Shown here one piece after another: positions 9,450 through 19,405 of a stretch of DNA of 23,840 nucleotides; the first letter of the stretch is position 1, and every line of letters begins with the position of its first letter. Source of the DNA: Octopus sinensis (lineage: Eukaryota); NCBI RefSeq assembly GCF_006345805.1, contig NW_021836507.1, positions 1 through 23,840 on the forward strand. The letters run 5' to 3'. The position numbers and the translations under genes were made by a program. The notes under the pieces were generated by a model. It was not told the origin of the DNA, ran no database searches, and saw only the letters and a list, made by a program, of their open reading frames with translations.

Positions 9450-10016
9450 GGTGGGGAAGCAAAATTTACAATGAACGTTAAGTTGCTTTTTCTCAGCTGG
9501 CACTAATTCAATTGTTTTGAAACCTAGCATATATTGACGTCGTAATCATACCTAACACTATTATCCTTACCTTTTCAGAAACTTTTGCCCATTTGAGTAA
9601 TCAGGAAAGCAAATGTCAAAGAGTGTGTGATTTGCTGAATGCACTCGTCACACCAAGAGAGATTTCAAGAATAGTTGGAGTGTCCATAAAGACTGTTTAT
9701 AATGTAAAGAATAGAATGACTATGAGCAAAACTATTACAAGGAAGTCTTGAAGAGGAGGAATCAACAAAAAACGTACCAAAGCTTTTATTTAAGCTCTCA
9801 AATTCGAAATCCTAAAGGATCCAACCAAATCCATGACCAAAATGACAACTGAACTTGAGGTAGACAACAAGATCATTAGAAATGCAGTAAAATATGATTT
9901 GAGGTTAATTTAAGAAAGAAGAAGGATACATGAAATAAAAACATTTTCTATTATGCAAATTTTCTTGTGGCAAATAAATTCCCATGACTTTGAATAAACT
10001 AACTGGTCATACACTG
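9447..10016 (+). mobile_element. Tc1/mariner-superfamily element, internally deleted; transposase N-terminal HTH remnant at 9593-9912
   Basis: Starts TA|CAGGGTGGGG. Frame from 9593: SNQESKCQRVCDLLNALVTPREISRIVGVSIKTVYNVKNR...RKS*RGGINKKRT...ILKDPTKSMTKMTTELEVDNKIIRNAVKYDLRL, a paired-type double HTH typical of IS630-Tc1-mariner; no DDE/D domain. Confidence 0.8.
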
Positions 10017-10063
10017 TCTTTCAATCCCTGCCTCAAAATTTTGATTCCTCATCCTGTATATAT

Positions 10064-10145
10064 CAGAAGTAACTGAGTGACTCGAGGCCTGAGCGTTGGC
10101 AACCAACGCACGAAACTCGCACATTGAGTCACTCAGCTACTTCTG
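10064..10145. repeat. 82-bp nested inverted repeat
   Basis: cagaagtaactgagtgactc (10064-10083) pairs with gagtcactcagctacttctg (10126-10145) at 19/20; inner stem cgttgg-caa-ccaacg. Confidence 0.9.
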
Positions 10146-10164
10146 TTAAATATTCTTTTCTACT

Positions 10165-10340
10165 CTGGACACAAGGCCCGAAAGTTTGGGGGAGGGAGCT
10201 AGTAGATTACTTGACTTATCGATCCTCCAAAAGATGAATGGAAAATCGATCTCGGCGAATTTGAACTCAGAACGTAGTGGCAGACAAAATACCGGTAGGC
10301 TTTTCGCCCGGCGTGCTAACGTTTCTGCCAGCTCGACGCC
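10165..10340 (-). mobile_element. SINE family B, diverged copy
   Basis: acaaggcccgaaagtttggggga...atcgatctcggcgaatttgaactcagaacgtag...ttcgcccggcgtgctaacgtttctgccagctcg. Confidence 0.85.
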
Positions 10341-10414
10341 TTACGGCTGTTAAATATTAAGAATATGCATATACTTACTTTTTCAGCTCTAATTTTCCTG
10401 TTTGTACCTCCTTT

Positions 10415-10417
10415 CTA

Positions 10418-10505
<88 letters not shown>

Positions 10506-10790
10506 ATATACAGACAGAGAGAGAGGAGATACTTTTGTCTACATTCTTTATGTCCTATACCCATATATGCATGTATATATACCTATATATGTAGGTATGT
10601 ACATATATGCATGTATATATATATGTATTTATGTATTTATTATTTATATTACTATATGATCGAAGAAAATCATGGAACTCCACCTTTCGTATTTGAGTAC
10701 TATATTTTCCACCTTGTTTTGCATTTAAGTACCCATCAGTATAAGCACACACACGCACATGCACAAACACACACAGACATACACACACAC
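10415..10790 (+). repeat. (CT)n/(TA)n/(TATG)/(CA)n compound microsatellite region
   Basis: Seen directly; explains ORFs 10365..10877, 10402..10659 and 10555..10788. Confidence 0.85.
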
Positions 10791-10793
10791 ATA

Positions 10794-11083
10794 CAGTGGC
10801 GAACTGGGTCTAAAAATATTGGTTGCCAGGAGACTAAGTGGGCCCACCCGCAACTACAATGCTATAATTTATTTTAATTTTTCTTAAGAGTATTCTTTTC
10901 AACTGTCTACAAACTCAGCCAGGTCTAAATAATTCATGCATTCTTCCAGGAGTGAATAAAAAATTCTCAAACTTGAGGGGATGGGCCCCTTAGATACTAA
11001 AATAGGCATCCATATATGGATTCTGATGGCACAGGGACCTACTTGCCATCGGGCAAGCTGGCAACCTGGCCAGTCCGCCACTG
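10794..11083. mobile_element. hAT-like MITE with 14-bp TIRs
   Basis: cagtggcgaactgg (10794-10807) vs ccagtccgccactg (11070-11083), 13/14; CAGTGGCG ends and GGGCCC subterminal motifs are hAT-like. No TSD recognisable because the flanks are (CA)n and (TA)n. Confidence 0.8.
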
Positions 11084-11234
11084 TTTATATATATATATAT
11101 ATATCGTATGATATTTATCCTGGGTATGACTTTAAGCTGCATCCGGTAGTGAAGCTCTAGTTCGGGAGTTCCAACGTTTTGATGAATGTGGAGCCACTTC
11201 TGTTACCAGGTCTACTCTGACGTGGAGTAAGAAC

Positions 11235-11410
11235 GGACGGCGTGCTGTGTTCTTGAGCAAAATACTTTCACGTTTCTGTGATACTTTTCGATATAGGGAT
11301 AGTGTTGGCTTGCTCGCCTAGCAAGGTGGCATCATTTGATGGCTAAAACAATGCAAAGCGCATTGTGATCAGTGATATGTTACGGCAGCTGACAATCTGG
11401 TTGGTCCCGT
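11235..11410 (+). mobile_element. Probable SINE fragment (further family)
   Basis: ggcgtgctgtgttcttgagcaaaatacttt matches the core start of family D (1910-1945); the downstream sequence differs. Confidence 0.5.
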
Positions 11411-11537
11411 GTTCCCATTATATATATATAATGCATATAATTGTCTTCGCTTAATAACAGAAAAGAAAATGGAGAGTTGAAAGTTAATGATTTATTAATA
11501 AAATTAGGTGGTATTTATTTATATTTAAGTGTGGCTC

Positions 11538-11915
11538 AAGGGTGGCTGTGTGGAACATAGCTTTCTTACCAGACATATGGTTCCGGCTTCTGTCTCACTG
11601 CATGGGCAGGTGTCTTCTACGACTAAAGCCTTGTCAGTGTATTTGGTAGAGGGAAACTGAAAGAAGCCCGTCGTATATATACATATGTGTGTGTGTGTTT
11701 GTGTGTCTGTGTTTGTCACCCCCAACATCGCTTGACAGCCAATGCTGGTGTGTTTACGTCCCCGTAACCTAGTGGTTCGCCAAAGAAAGAGACCGATAGA
11801 ATAAGTACTAGGCTTACAAAGAATAAGTCCTGGGGTAGATTTGCTCGACTAAAAGGTGGTGCTCCAGCATGGCCACAGGAAGATGACTGAAATAAGGAAA
11901 AGAAAAAAAGAATAG
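11538..11915 (+). mobile_element. SINE family A, near full length
   Basis: gtggctgtgtgg...tatggttccgg...gtgtcttctac...atttggtagagggaaactgaaagaagcccgtcgtatata...gaccgatagaataagtactagg...ctccagcatggcc...gactgaaataag, A-rich tail. Confidence 0.9.
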
Positions 11916-11954
11916 AATAAAACGATAATCATTATGTATTTATTTACCATATAA

Positions 11955-12263
11955 TTTTTTTGTTTGTTCCTTCTCGAGCCATGCTTGGCTCATAATGGCC
12001 GGTTTACCGGTTTCTTGGCGTACAGGTTCCCCACCTGAACGGGATGCCGGTCCATCGCAGGTGAGATGCAAGATGTAGGAGGAAAGAGTGAGAGAAAGTT
12101 GTGGCGAAAGAGTCAGCAGAAGTTTCACTATTACCTTCTGCCGGATCCGCGTGGAGCTTAGGTGTTTCGCTCATAAACACACATATCGCCCGGTCTGAGA
12201 TTCGAACCAGCGATCCCTCGACCGCGAGTCCGCTGCTCTAACCACTGGGCCATGTGCCTCCAC
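11955..12263 (-). mobile_element. SINE family C, full length (tRNA head plus V-SINE-like 3' domain)
   Basis: Minus strand gtggaggcacatggcccagtggttagagcagcggactcgcggtcgagggatcgctggttcgaatctc (clear A and B boxes) ... cacctgcgatggaccggcatcccgttcagg (V-domain-like, from memory) ... aacaaacaaaaaaa tail. Confidence 0.85.
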
Positions 12264-12378
12264 ACCATATAATCAGCATGATGAACATATATTGTTTGTT
12301 TATATTCTTGATAGAAAGAAATCCTGTGCTTTACGTCATCATAAATGTAATTTATAGAGAAAATTTCGGGATATTATC

Positions 12379-15300
12379 AATATAAGGGAATTTAGTTCAT
12401 CTATGTTAGTTAATTAATAAATGTTATTAATGATAGCTTAAAATAAGCATTAACGTAAGATAATAGGCCAAAAATGTTATGTATTGTAAAATAGAAGTTA
12501 TAAATATTCCGTTAGGTATAAATGTAGAAAGACTGTTATGTTGGCTATAGATATGAATTTGTTACGTTGTATCATCTCATTTATATCAATGTAAATAATT
12601 ATATCTAATGAATACGTGGTGATTAAGTTAATCTCAGTAAAGTATTTAATAATTATCACTCATGATATTGTTTGAATTTTAGTTGTTAATTTAAGGTAAT
12701 AAATTCGAATATATTATGTATTAAAAGTGGTGTAATCAATAGCAGTGATCTCAATTATTGTTTATAGATATAATTTCGAGACATTTTCAATAACTCTAGT
12801 CTGTTATATCAATAAGTAATATGTCTCATACATGTTGGGGGATATTATATGAATAGCATATTATATAATTTAATATCACCCTATGTTATCAGTATAAAGT
12901 TTAATTAAACTTAGGGAAAACATTTGGCTGAATGAAGGCAATTTACAATTTTTACAGATAAGTAATTTTTTTCTAGATATGAGAATTCTAAATGCTTTTT
13001 CAGTACACAACTCACATCTTTTGTTGGAGATTTTACATGATCGTGCAAAAAACTCACAAATTTCTATTTAATATTAAATTCAATGTTATTATCTTTCAAT
13101 TCTCATAGGAATTTTCTTAATCCGGTAGAATTCATTTTTTTGTCTCTTTTTAAAACTCTGTAAGTGGTTAGCCACTCTAATCTTAATTCCATTTTTTGTT
13201 GACCCTATATAATAGAATTTCTTTCCTTGAGATTCAACTATGTCTTGGTAGACTAAGTTATCTTTCTTACACAAATTTTTAAATTTACAATTAATTTTAA
13301 CTTTACTGTCACAATTTCCATTTACTTCCTTGAGTATGTTATTCGAAGTATTATTAGGAACGGAATTAATATGGGTTATTTCTCTTCTATCATTACGGTA
13401 TTTGTAGCCGTTAACATTTTAATTTAGATATAGGGGAGAGGGTTAAGTTGGGTTTGAGGTGAATTATTGTATTGGATATTTCTGATTCTGTAGAACTATC
13501 TAAATTTTTCTTGTTAATACATGATAGAATCATAAACAGATTACGGGTTAAACTAAAACCAGCTTTGACGTGTTTATAATTAATAATTTCACTATATTTA
13601 TTATCATTGTTAAATTGCTTACAAATATATTTGTATATTGATTTGATTAAATTATCTTTAATTTGCAGAGCTTATGAACGAAATCTTACTAGATTCTTCA
13701 GAAACATTATTACAGAATTGAGGATCTATTTTCGATTTAGTAAAATTTATAGAAGGGGTACATGGTATACTTTTCCTATCACGAGTATTACGTGGATTAT
13801 CAATGGATTATCAATTCAGGGGAGTTATGGGTTTATTACTATGATCCGATTTATTATTTACATGTTTGTCACTATAAGCATAATTACAATTATCTATCAG
13901 TTGCTTATTATTTATATGGTGTGCATAAGAGAATTCAATATTAGTTTTTTTCTATACTGTATTTACTATCTCCAGGTTGATGTTTATTTATTCCGCGTTT
14001 ATTTTTATTACCACATGGTAGTTTATTATTAAATGATTTATTAATTCTACGTTTGTTTTTACATATAGGTTTGGCTTTGATTGAATTGGCAGTCTTTTCT
14101 GTCGTATAATTAATTCTGTCATTTATAATTTTACCATTAGGTGGATGGTATTTTTATCGTATATTGTAATATTGTAATAAATATTGTAATAAACTGCATG
14201 TTTCGTAAATATTTCTTCATCATATGATAGATTTGATATCCTCTTCCCTATTTTGGTGTTTAACGTGTTTTGAATTGCTCCGAAATGATCACTTAAGTAA
14301 TTAATGTGGCTTAAATTCATATTTAATTTGTGAAAAATTTCGCGTTTACTAGTTATAAGGTTGAAATTAGCATCTAAAAAGTTAACTATTTTTGAAAAAT
14401 TTATTGAGTATTTTCATAAATAATTCTAATGCATCGTCGTTATATAATCAAAGCCCAATTTCAGGAAATTCCTCATGCACGTTATACAAAAGTTAAATGC
14501 AAACGAGATCGGTTCCTTGTGATGTCGAAGTAATTAGGTGTGTCAATTCTAAACCAATATTTATTAACAAAATTATAGATTTTCGAGCAGCTTGGTTAAC
14601 ACTAATTTCATTCATATTAAGATTTGGATAATTTCTAGCAAAAAGAAGGGTTTTGTTTAGTACAATAGGGTTCACACAGGAAAAGTAATTGTCAATATAT
14701 GTTTGTAAATCTGTTTATGTTAATCCTTGCTTTCAATGTTACTAAATCAATTAACAGTTGCTTGTGTATTGGACAATAGCTCGAGAGAGATTTTATTTGT
14801 AAGCATGGATATATATTTATCGAAAGAATTTACTTAATCTGCCTGAATTTCCTATTTGTTTAATAAGCCTAAATTGAAACAGCTGTAGAAAGTATGAAGT
14901 ATCATTTTATCAATAAATAATTATTAACTTTCAACTCTCCATTTTGTTTTCCGCTATTAAGCGGATACGGATTATATGCATAATATATACACACTGATTT
15001 AGGGAAATTTTATTTCTCAAAAATATATTTTCTACTGAACTAGTGTTTTCTTGGATGTAATCCTCCCTTTATGAGGTTAAGATATCCTGTATTTAATATA
15101 TATTACATATCTTCAACGCACCCACCACTCGATTTCAACGTACATTGATAATCAGTTCAGCCATGGGCTCTTAAAGAGCCGCCTCGTTCAAATTGCTTTG
15201 TTGCGCCTCTGTTCTGTTTTGTTCTGCCAACGGAATTCCTATTTTTTTTCCTGAAGAGAAAGCCACAATATGGTATCCTTATTTAATCAGAATTTGGAAA

Positions 15301-15390
15301 ATTGTGGCTTTTGAAACATGTGTAGAATGCAATAAAAGGAATTCTGTTCAATCTTCGTTCAACTCCATTTCTTCAATTCACTAATAATAT
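12379..15390 (-). mobile_element. Penelope-like retroelement, near full length but degenerate (RT at about 14900-14100, GIY-YIG at about 13300-12920); probably Hydra clade
   Basis: Minus strand: QATVN*FSNIESKD, NPIVLNKTLLFARNY...AARKSII, YNDDA (RT C box, about 14440), LSDHFGAIQNTLNTKIGKRISNLSYDEEIF, then NCDSKVKINCKFKNLCKKDNLVYQ...YYIGSTKNGIKIRVANHLQSF (GIY-YIG) and KRCELC. Abuts (TA)n at 15390. Confidence 0.88.
15233..15344 (+). ncRNA. Type I hammerhead ribozyme motif (Penelope-type), antisense to the element ORF
   Basis: CTGAAGA core 15251-15257; stem II G-aaagccacaat / attgtggcttt-T (11 Watson-Crick pairs plus closing G.U); GAAAC 15313-15317; palindromic ACATGT with a 1-bp stem III; cleavage triplet GTA 15322-15324; stem I ttc/gaa plus distal gaattcct/aggaattc. 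Confidence 0.8.
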
Positions 15391-15834
15391 TATATATATA
15401 TTTATATATATATATATTAACACACACATAGAAATAGACACACAGAAGCTTTTTCATATACGCTATCTTCGATTTATTTCCACTAGATATATAAATTTAA
15501 AGGAAAAAAGAGCCAAAAATTGAAACCGAAAAACAAATGTAGCCAAGAAGATGTAAAACTTATTTCGAAATTCTATAAAACAATTTCGACCTATAACAAT
15601 ATTATAAAACTCTATTTTATTCTATTCTTTCTTACATTTTCGTAATCAATACTATTTATTAGTTTCTATATAAAAGATTCTTCTGTAAGGAAGCTTACAC
15701 TAAGAATATTATCCTTTTTTGATTATTGAGCTCTCAATGATTTAAGTTGTCTGCGTGTCAAATCATTTTATTCGCTTTTCCGCCATATTCTATGTCAATT
15801 AGCACTTTCAAAATGGTTGCTTGCTTGTGCATTA

Positions 15835-15862
15835 TATGTCTGTCTGCCTGCCTGTCTGTATG

Positions 15863-15941
<79 letters not shown>

Positions 15942-16026
15942 GTCTGTCTGTCTGTCTATCTCTGACTGTCTGTCTGAATGTCTGTCTGACTGAGTATCTA
16001 CATATCTTTCTATCTATCAGTTTATC

Positions 16027-16088
<62 letters not shown>

Positions 16089-16089
16089 G
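15835..16089 (+). repeat. (TGTC)/(TATC)n microsatellite
   Basis: Seen directly. Confidence 0.97.
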
Positions 16090-17177
16090 AAACTGTCCCT
16101 AAAAGGTCGGGCGGAGGTGGCAAACACGTACATCGCGTCCATCATCTACTACCGCCTGACCGTCATACCTTGTCCCGACCCTACCATCACCAAACAAGAA
16201 CGCATTCTCTTCCGCTTCTTGTGGAAAGGATGCGTCCCGATGGTTAGGCGATCCATTTGCTGTTAACACCCGTTAAAAAGAGGACTGGGCATGCCGTGGT
16301 TGATGATGCGCAGACACGCGCTGAGACTGCGACATCTCCGGCTCTATGTAGACGACGGTGAACAGGTGTGGTCGCCGTTTGTGAGGCTCGCGTTCCCGCA
16401 GCTCGTCTCCATGACCGAATTACAGTCGTATATCAAAAAGAGGCCGAGGAAGGGCGAATGGCATCGCGAGTGTCGCGTTGCTCTCAAGCAACTCTGCCGT
16501 CCCGGGTCGACCTTGAGTGACTTCAACACAACTAAAGCATTCTATAGGGGATTAGTGGAGGGGAGGTACGACGACGATCTTGGGGCAAAAAAAGCTATTT
16601 TTATCATACTTGTGGCTATGGCGAAAGAATGTATCTGGTGGACGCGCCTGAAAGGATTAGAGACAAACACTTTCCTCTCTGGTCAATCTCTCATCAACTT
16701 CTTCAAGTATCACTTGAAGAGGAAAGTGAGAGTAGAGAGACAAGTTTTGTCTAGTGAATATTTAAAAAAAAGATGGCACGTATGAATGACGAAGCTACCT
16801 TGACTATGATTCTATGAACAGTAAAAATTAATACAGAGAGTTGCTTATTTGTAAAAAAAAAATATATAACATGTGACTTCATTGACCGAGGTTACCGTGG
16901 TCTTTTCCGTAGGCTTTTCTTTCCACGGGTAAACCTCACCTGTCCTCCCCTTTACACTTTATATTGACATTTCTGTGATAACGATCCCTATTGATCAATT
17001 TTTTCCTTTCTCTTTTTTAAAAAAATTTTAACTTCCCCCCCTTATTTTGTCCTCTTTCTTTCCTTTTACGATCCCTTTTGATCGAAAACCAAACCCCCTT
17101 CTTTTACCCCCAAAAGAAAAGCTCTACCTTGTAATTTGTCCTGTCTGTGTGCAGCCCTGTGTGGCTAATAAAGAAAC
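16090..17177 (+). mobile_element. Tx1/L1-clade non-LTR retrotransposon, 5'-truncated copy 1 (ORF2 C-terminus 16090-16817 plus 3' UTR)
   Basis: KLSLKGRAEVANTYIASIIYYRLTVIPCP...ILFRFLWKG...RRSICC*HPLKRGLGMPWL...AKECIWWTR matches the L1/Tx1 post-RT motifs (LSL.GR....N......YY, F.W, GGLG.P, AK..IW..R); ends AATAAAGAAAC then (TATC)n. Confidence 0.88.
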
Positions 17178-17226
17178 ATATCTATCTACCTATCTATCTA
17201 TCCATCTATCTATTTATCCTATCTAT

Positions 17227-17598
17227 TGTCTAGAGAATGTTTCAAAAAAAGATGAGTGAATGTAGCAAGGATGGCACGTGTGAATGAGGGAGCCACCTTG
17301 AGCATAATCCTAGGAACCAGAAAAAGAAAGGAAAAAAGAGAATCACTTACTGTTATGTGTTTTTTACATAGCATTATTGCTCGCGGTCACCGTGGTCTTT
17401 TCCCAAGGCTTTTCTTTCTATGGATAAACCTAATCTGTTTCCCATTTACACTATGACACTCCTGTGATACACGATCCCTATTCATCGTTTTTTCTTTTAA
17501 AACCACGATCCCTCTTGATCGAAATTCTAAACCTCTTTTTTCTTTTCTTTCCAAAGCTCTACTTTGTATTTTATCCCCTGTGTGGCCAATAAAGAAAC
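17227..17598 (+). mobile_element. Tx1-type element, copy 2 (last ORF2 codons plus 3' UTR)
   Basis: aaaaaagatg...ggatggcacgtgtgaatga, accgtggtcttttcc, gataaaccta, acgatccct, aaagctctac, ccctgtgtggccaataaagaaac all match copy 1; followed by (TATC)n 17599-17848. Confidence 0.88.
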
Positions 17599-17649
17599 AT
17601 ATCTATCTATCTATCTGTCTGTCTATCTATCTATCTATCTATCTATCTG

Positions 17650-17683
<34 letters not shown>

Positions 17684-17699
17684 ATCTATCTATCTATCT

Positions 17700-17730
<31 letters not shown>

Positions 17731-17761
17731 CTATGTCTATCTGTCTATCTATCTATCTATC

Positions 17762-17848
<87 letters not shown>

Positions 17849-17849
<1 letters not shown>

Positions 17850-18097
17850 TTTTTTTTTTTTCCTCTTCCCCTTTTTTCTTTTTTCTTTCTTCTTTTTCTT
17901 CTTTTTATTTTTTAATTTTTTTTGTTTTTGTTTTTGTTTTTTCTTCTTTTCTTCCCTTTTACGATCCCTCTTGATCGAAAACGTACGCCACCCCTATTTT
18001 TTTCTTTTGTTTTTTGTTCTCTTCATCCCCCAAAAGAAAAGCTCTACCTTGTAACTTGTCCCATCTGTGTGCAGCCCTGTGTGGCCAATAAAGAAAC
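17849..18097 (+). mobile_element. Tx1-type element, copy 3 (3' UTR only)
   Basis: cccttttacgatccctcttgatcgaaaac...ccccaaagaaaagctctaccttgtaa...tgtgtgcagccctgtgtggccaataaagaaac; degenerate TATC follows. Confidence 0.88.
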
Positions 18098-18119
18098 TTA
18101 TCGATTGATCGGGCGAGCT

Positions 18120-18206
18120 CTCTATAGATTTATCCATCTATCACTCTGTGTATCTGTCTGTCTCTCCGTCTGTGCTATATCTCTCTCCCTCTCTCCCTCT
18201 CTCCGT

Positions 18207-18268
<62 letters not shown>

Positions 18269-18290
18269 ATGTCTGTCTGTCTGTCTATAT
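18120..18290 (+). repeat. (CT)n/(TATC)n/(TGTC)n microsatellite
   Basis: Seen directly. Confidence 0.9.
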
Positions 18291-18429
18291 ATTTGAGAGA
18301 AATTGTATTAGACCCATCTTTGATGGGACTTGGTATAATTTAAATCCTGTCAGATATTTAGCAACATCGATTATCTGTATTGAAGGGTTTTTCCTCGAGT
18401 ATGAAACTATTCTACTACGTCAACAGGTT

Positions 18430-18484
18430 GTGGTGGTTTTAGTATTAGCTGTGTTGCTGTTAGTAGTAGTAGAAGCAGCAGCAA

Positions 18485-18523
<39 letters not shown>

Positions 18524-18619
18524 TAGTATAGTAGTAGTAGTAGTAGGAAGAGGAGGAGGAGGAGGAGGACTTAACGTCAGAGCGGTACTTTGCTATTGGT
18601 TTCACTACTACCACTACTA

Positions 18620-18653
<34 letters not shown>

Positions 18654-19405
18654 GTACGTGAAGCACCATCGGCTACAGCGCCAGCACCACCGTCCTTAGT
18701 AGAATCACGACGACCACCACCACCATATACACCTTCCCCAACACCACCACCATCATCATCATCATGATCATCATTGTCGTTGTCAGCCTCTCCATCACTT
18801 TCATTAACACTTCATCAGCGTCTCTGCCACCACCCACCGCCATTATTTTCACCATCACCAACGTCACTACCCCGCCTCCCCGCCCACCCGTTTTCTACCC
18901 AACGCCAGAATCATCATCACTACCATCACCACCGAAACAACCACCGGAACAACAACAGGCAACAACCCCCTTCCTCCCCCCCCACCGCCGCTGCCACCAC
19001 TTCAGCTTTCATTACTATTACCACTACCACTACCACTGCCACTACCACCATCACCGCCTCCATCCACACCACTACTACCACCACCACCATCACCAACACA
19101 ACCACAACACTCACCGCTGCAACCATCACCACAGCCACCACCACCTCCACCACCATCACTACCACCGCCGGCGGCGCCGCCGCCACCACCACCACCACCA
19201 CCCACCACCACCAACAACCACCAACCACCACTGCCTCCACCACCACCACTGCCTCCACTACCACTACCACCACCACCGGCAGCAGCACCACAACCAACAC
19301 CACCACCACCACCACCACCACAGCCACCATCACCACCACCACCACTACACCACTACCACTACCACTACCACCACCACCATCACCACCACCACCACCACCA
19401 CTGCA
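18430..19405 (+). repeat. Compound trinucleotide region (AGT, AGC, GAG, ACT, long degenerate ACC)
   Basis: Seen directly; stop-free ACC repeats generate overlapping His-, Thr-, Val- and Gly-rich ORFs on both strands. Confidence 0.92.

Noticed and set aside
8996-10877. IYIY/THTH/CVCV ORFs up to 170 aa
   Set aside because: Dinucleotide repeat artefacts.
12195-12263. tRNA gene on the minus strand
   Set aside because: It is the head of a SINE: it continues into the SINE body and lacks a proper acceptor stem.
13607-14032. 141-aa hydrophobic plus-strand ORF resembling a membrane or mitochondrial protein
   Set aside because: Antisense to the AT-rich Penelope spacer, with a TTG start and no recognisable motif.
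12920-14900. In-frame TGA codons in the PLE as selenocysteine recoding (as in some Naiad elements)
   Set aside because: The domain order is RT then EN (not Naiad), and the stops are mixed TAA/TAG/TGA with frameshifts, consistent with decay.
15835-18100. CRISPR-like or prokaryotic repeat-spacer array
   Set aside because: The units are retrotransposon 3' ends of unequal length in eukaryotic microsatellite; no cas genes or constant short repeats.
15747-18531. LSIY-repeat ORFs
   Set aside because: (TATC)n translations; only 16090-16817 has real homology.
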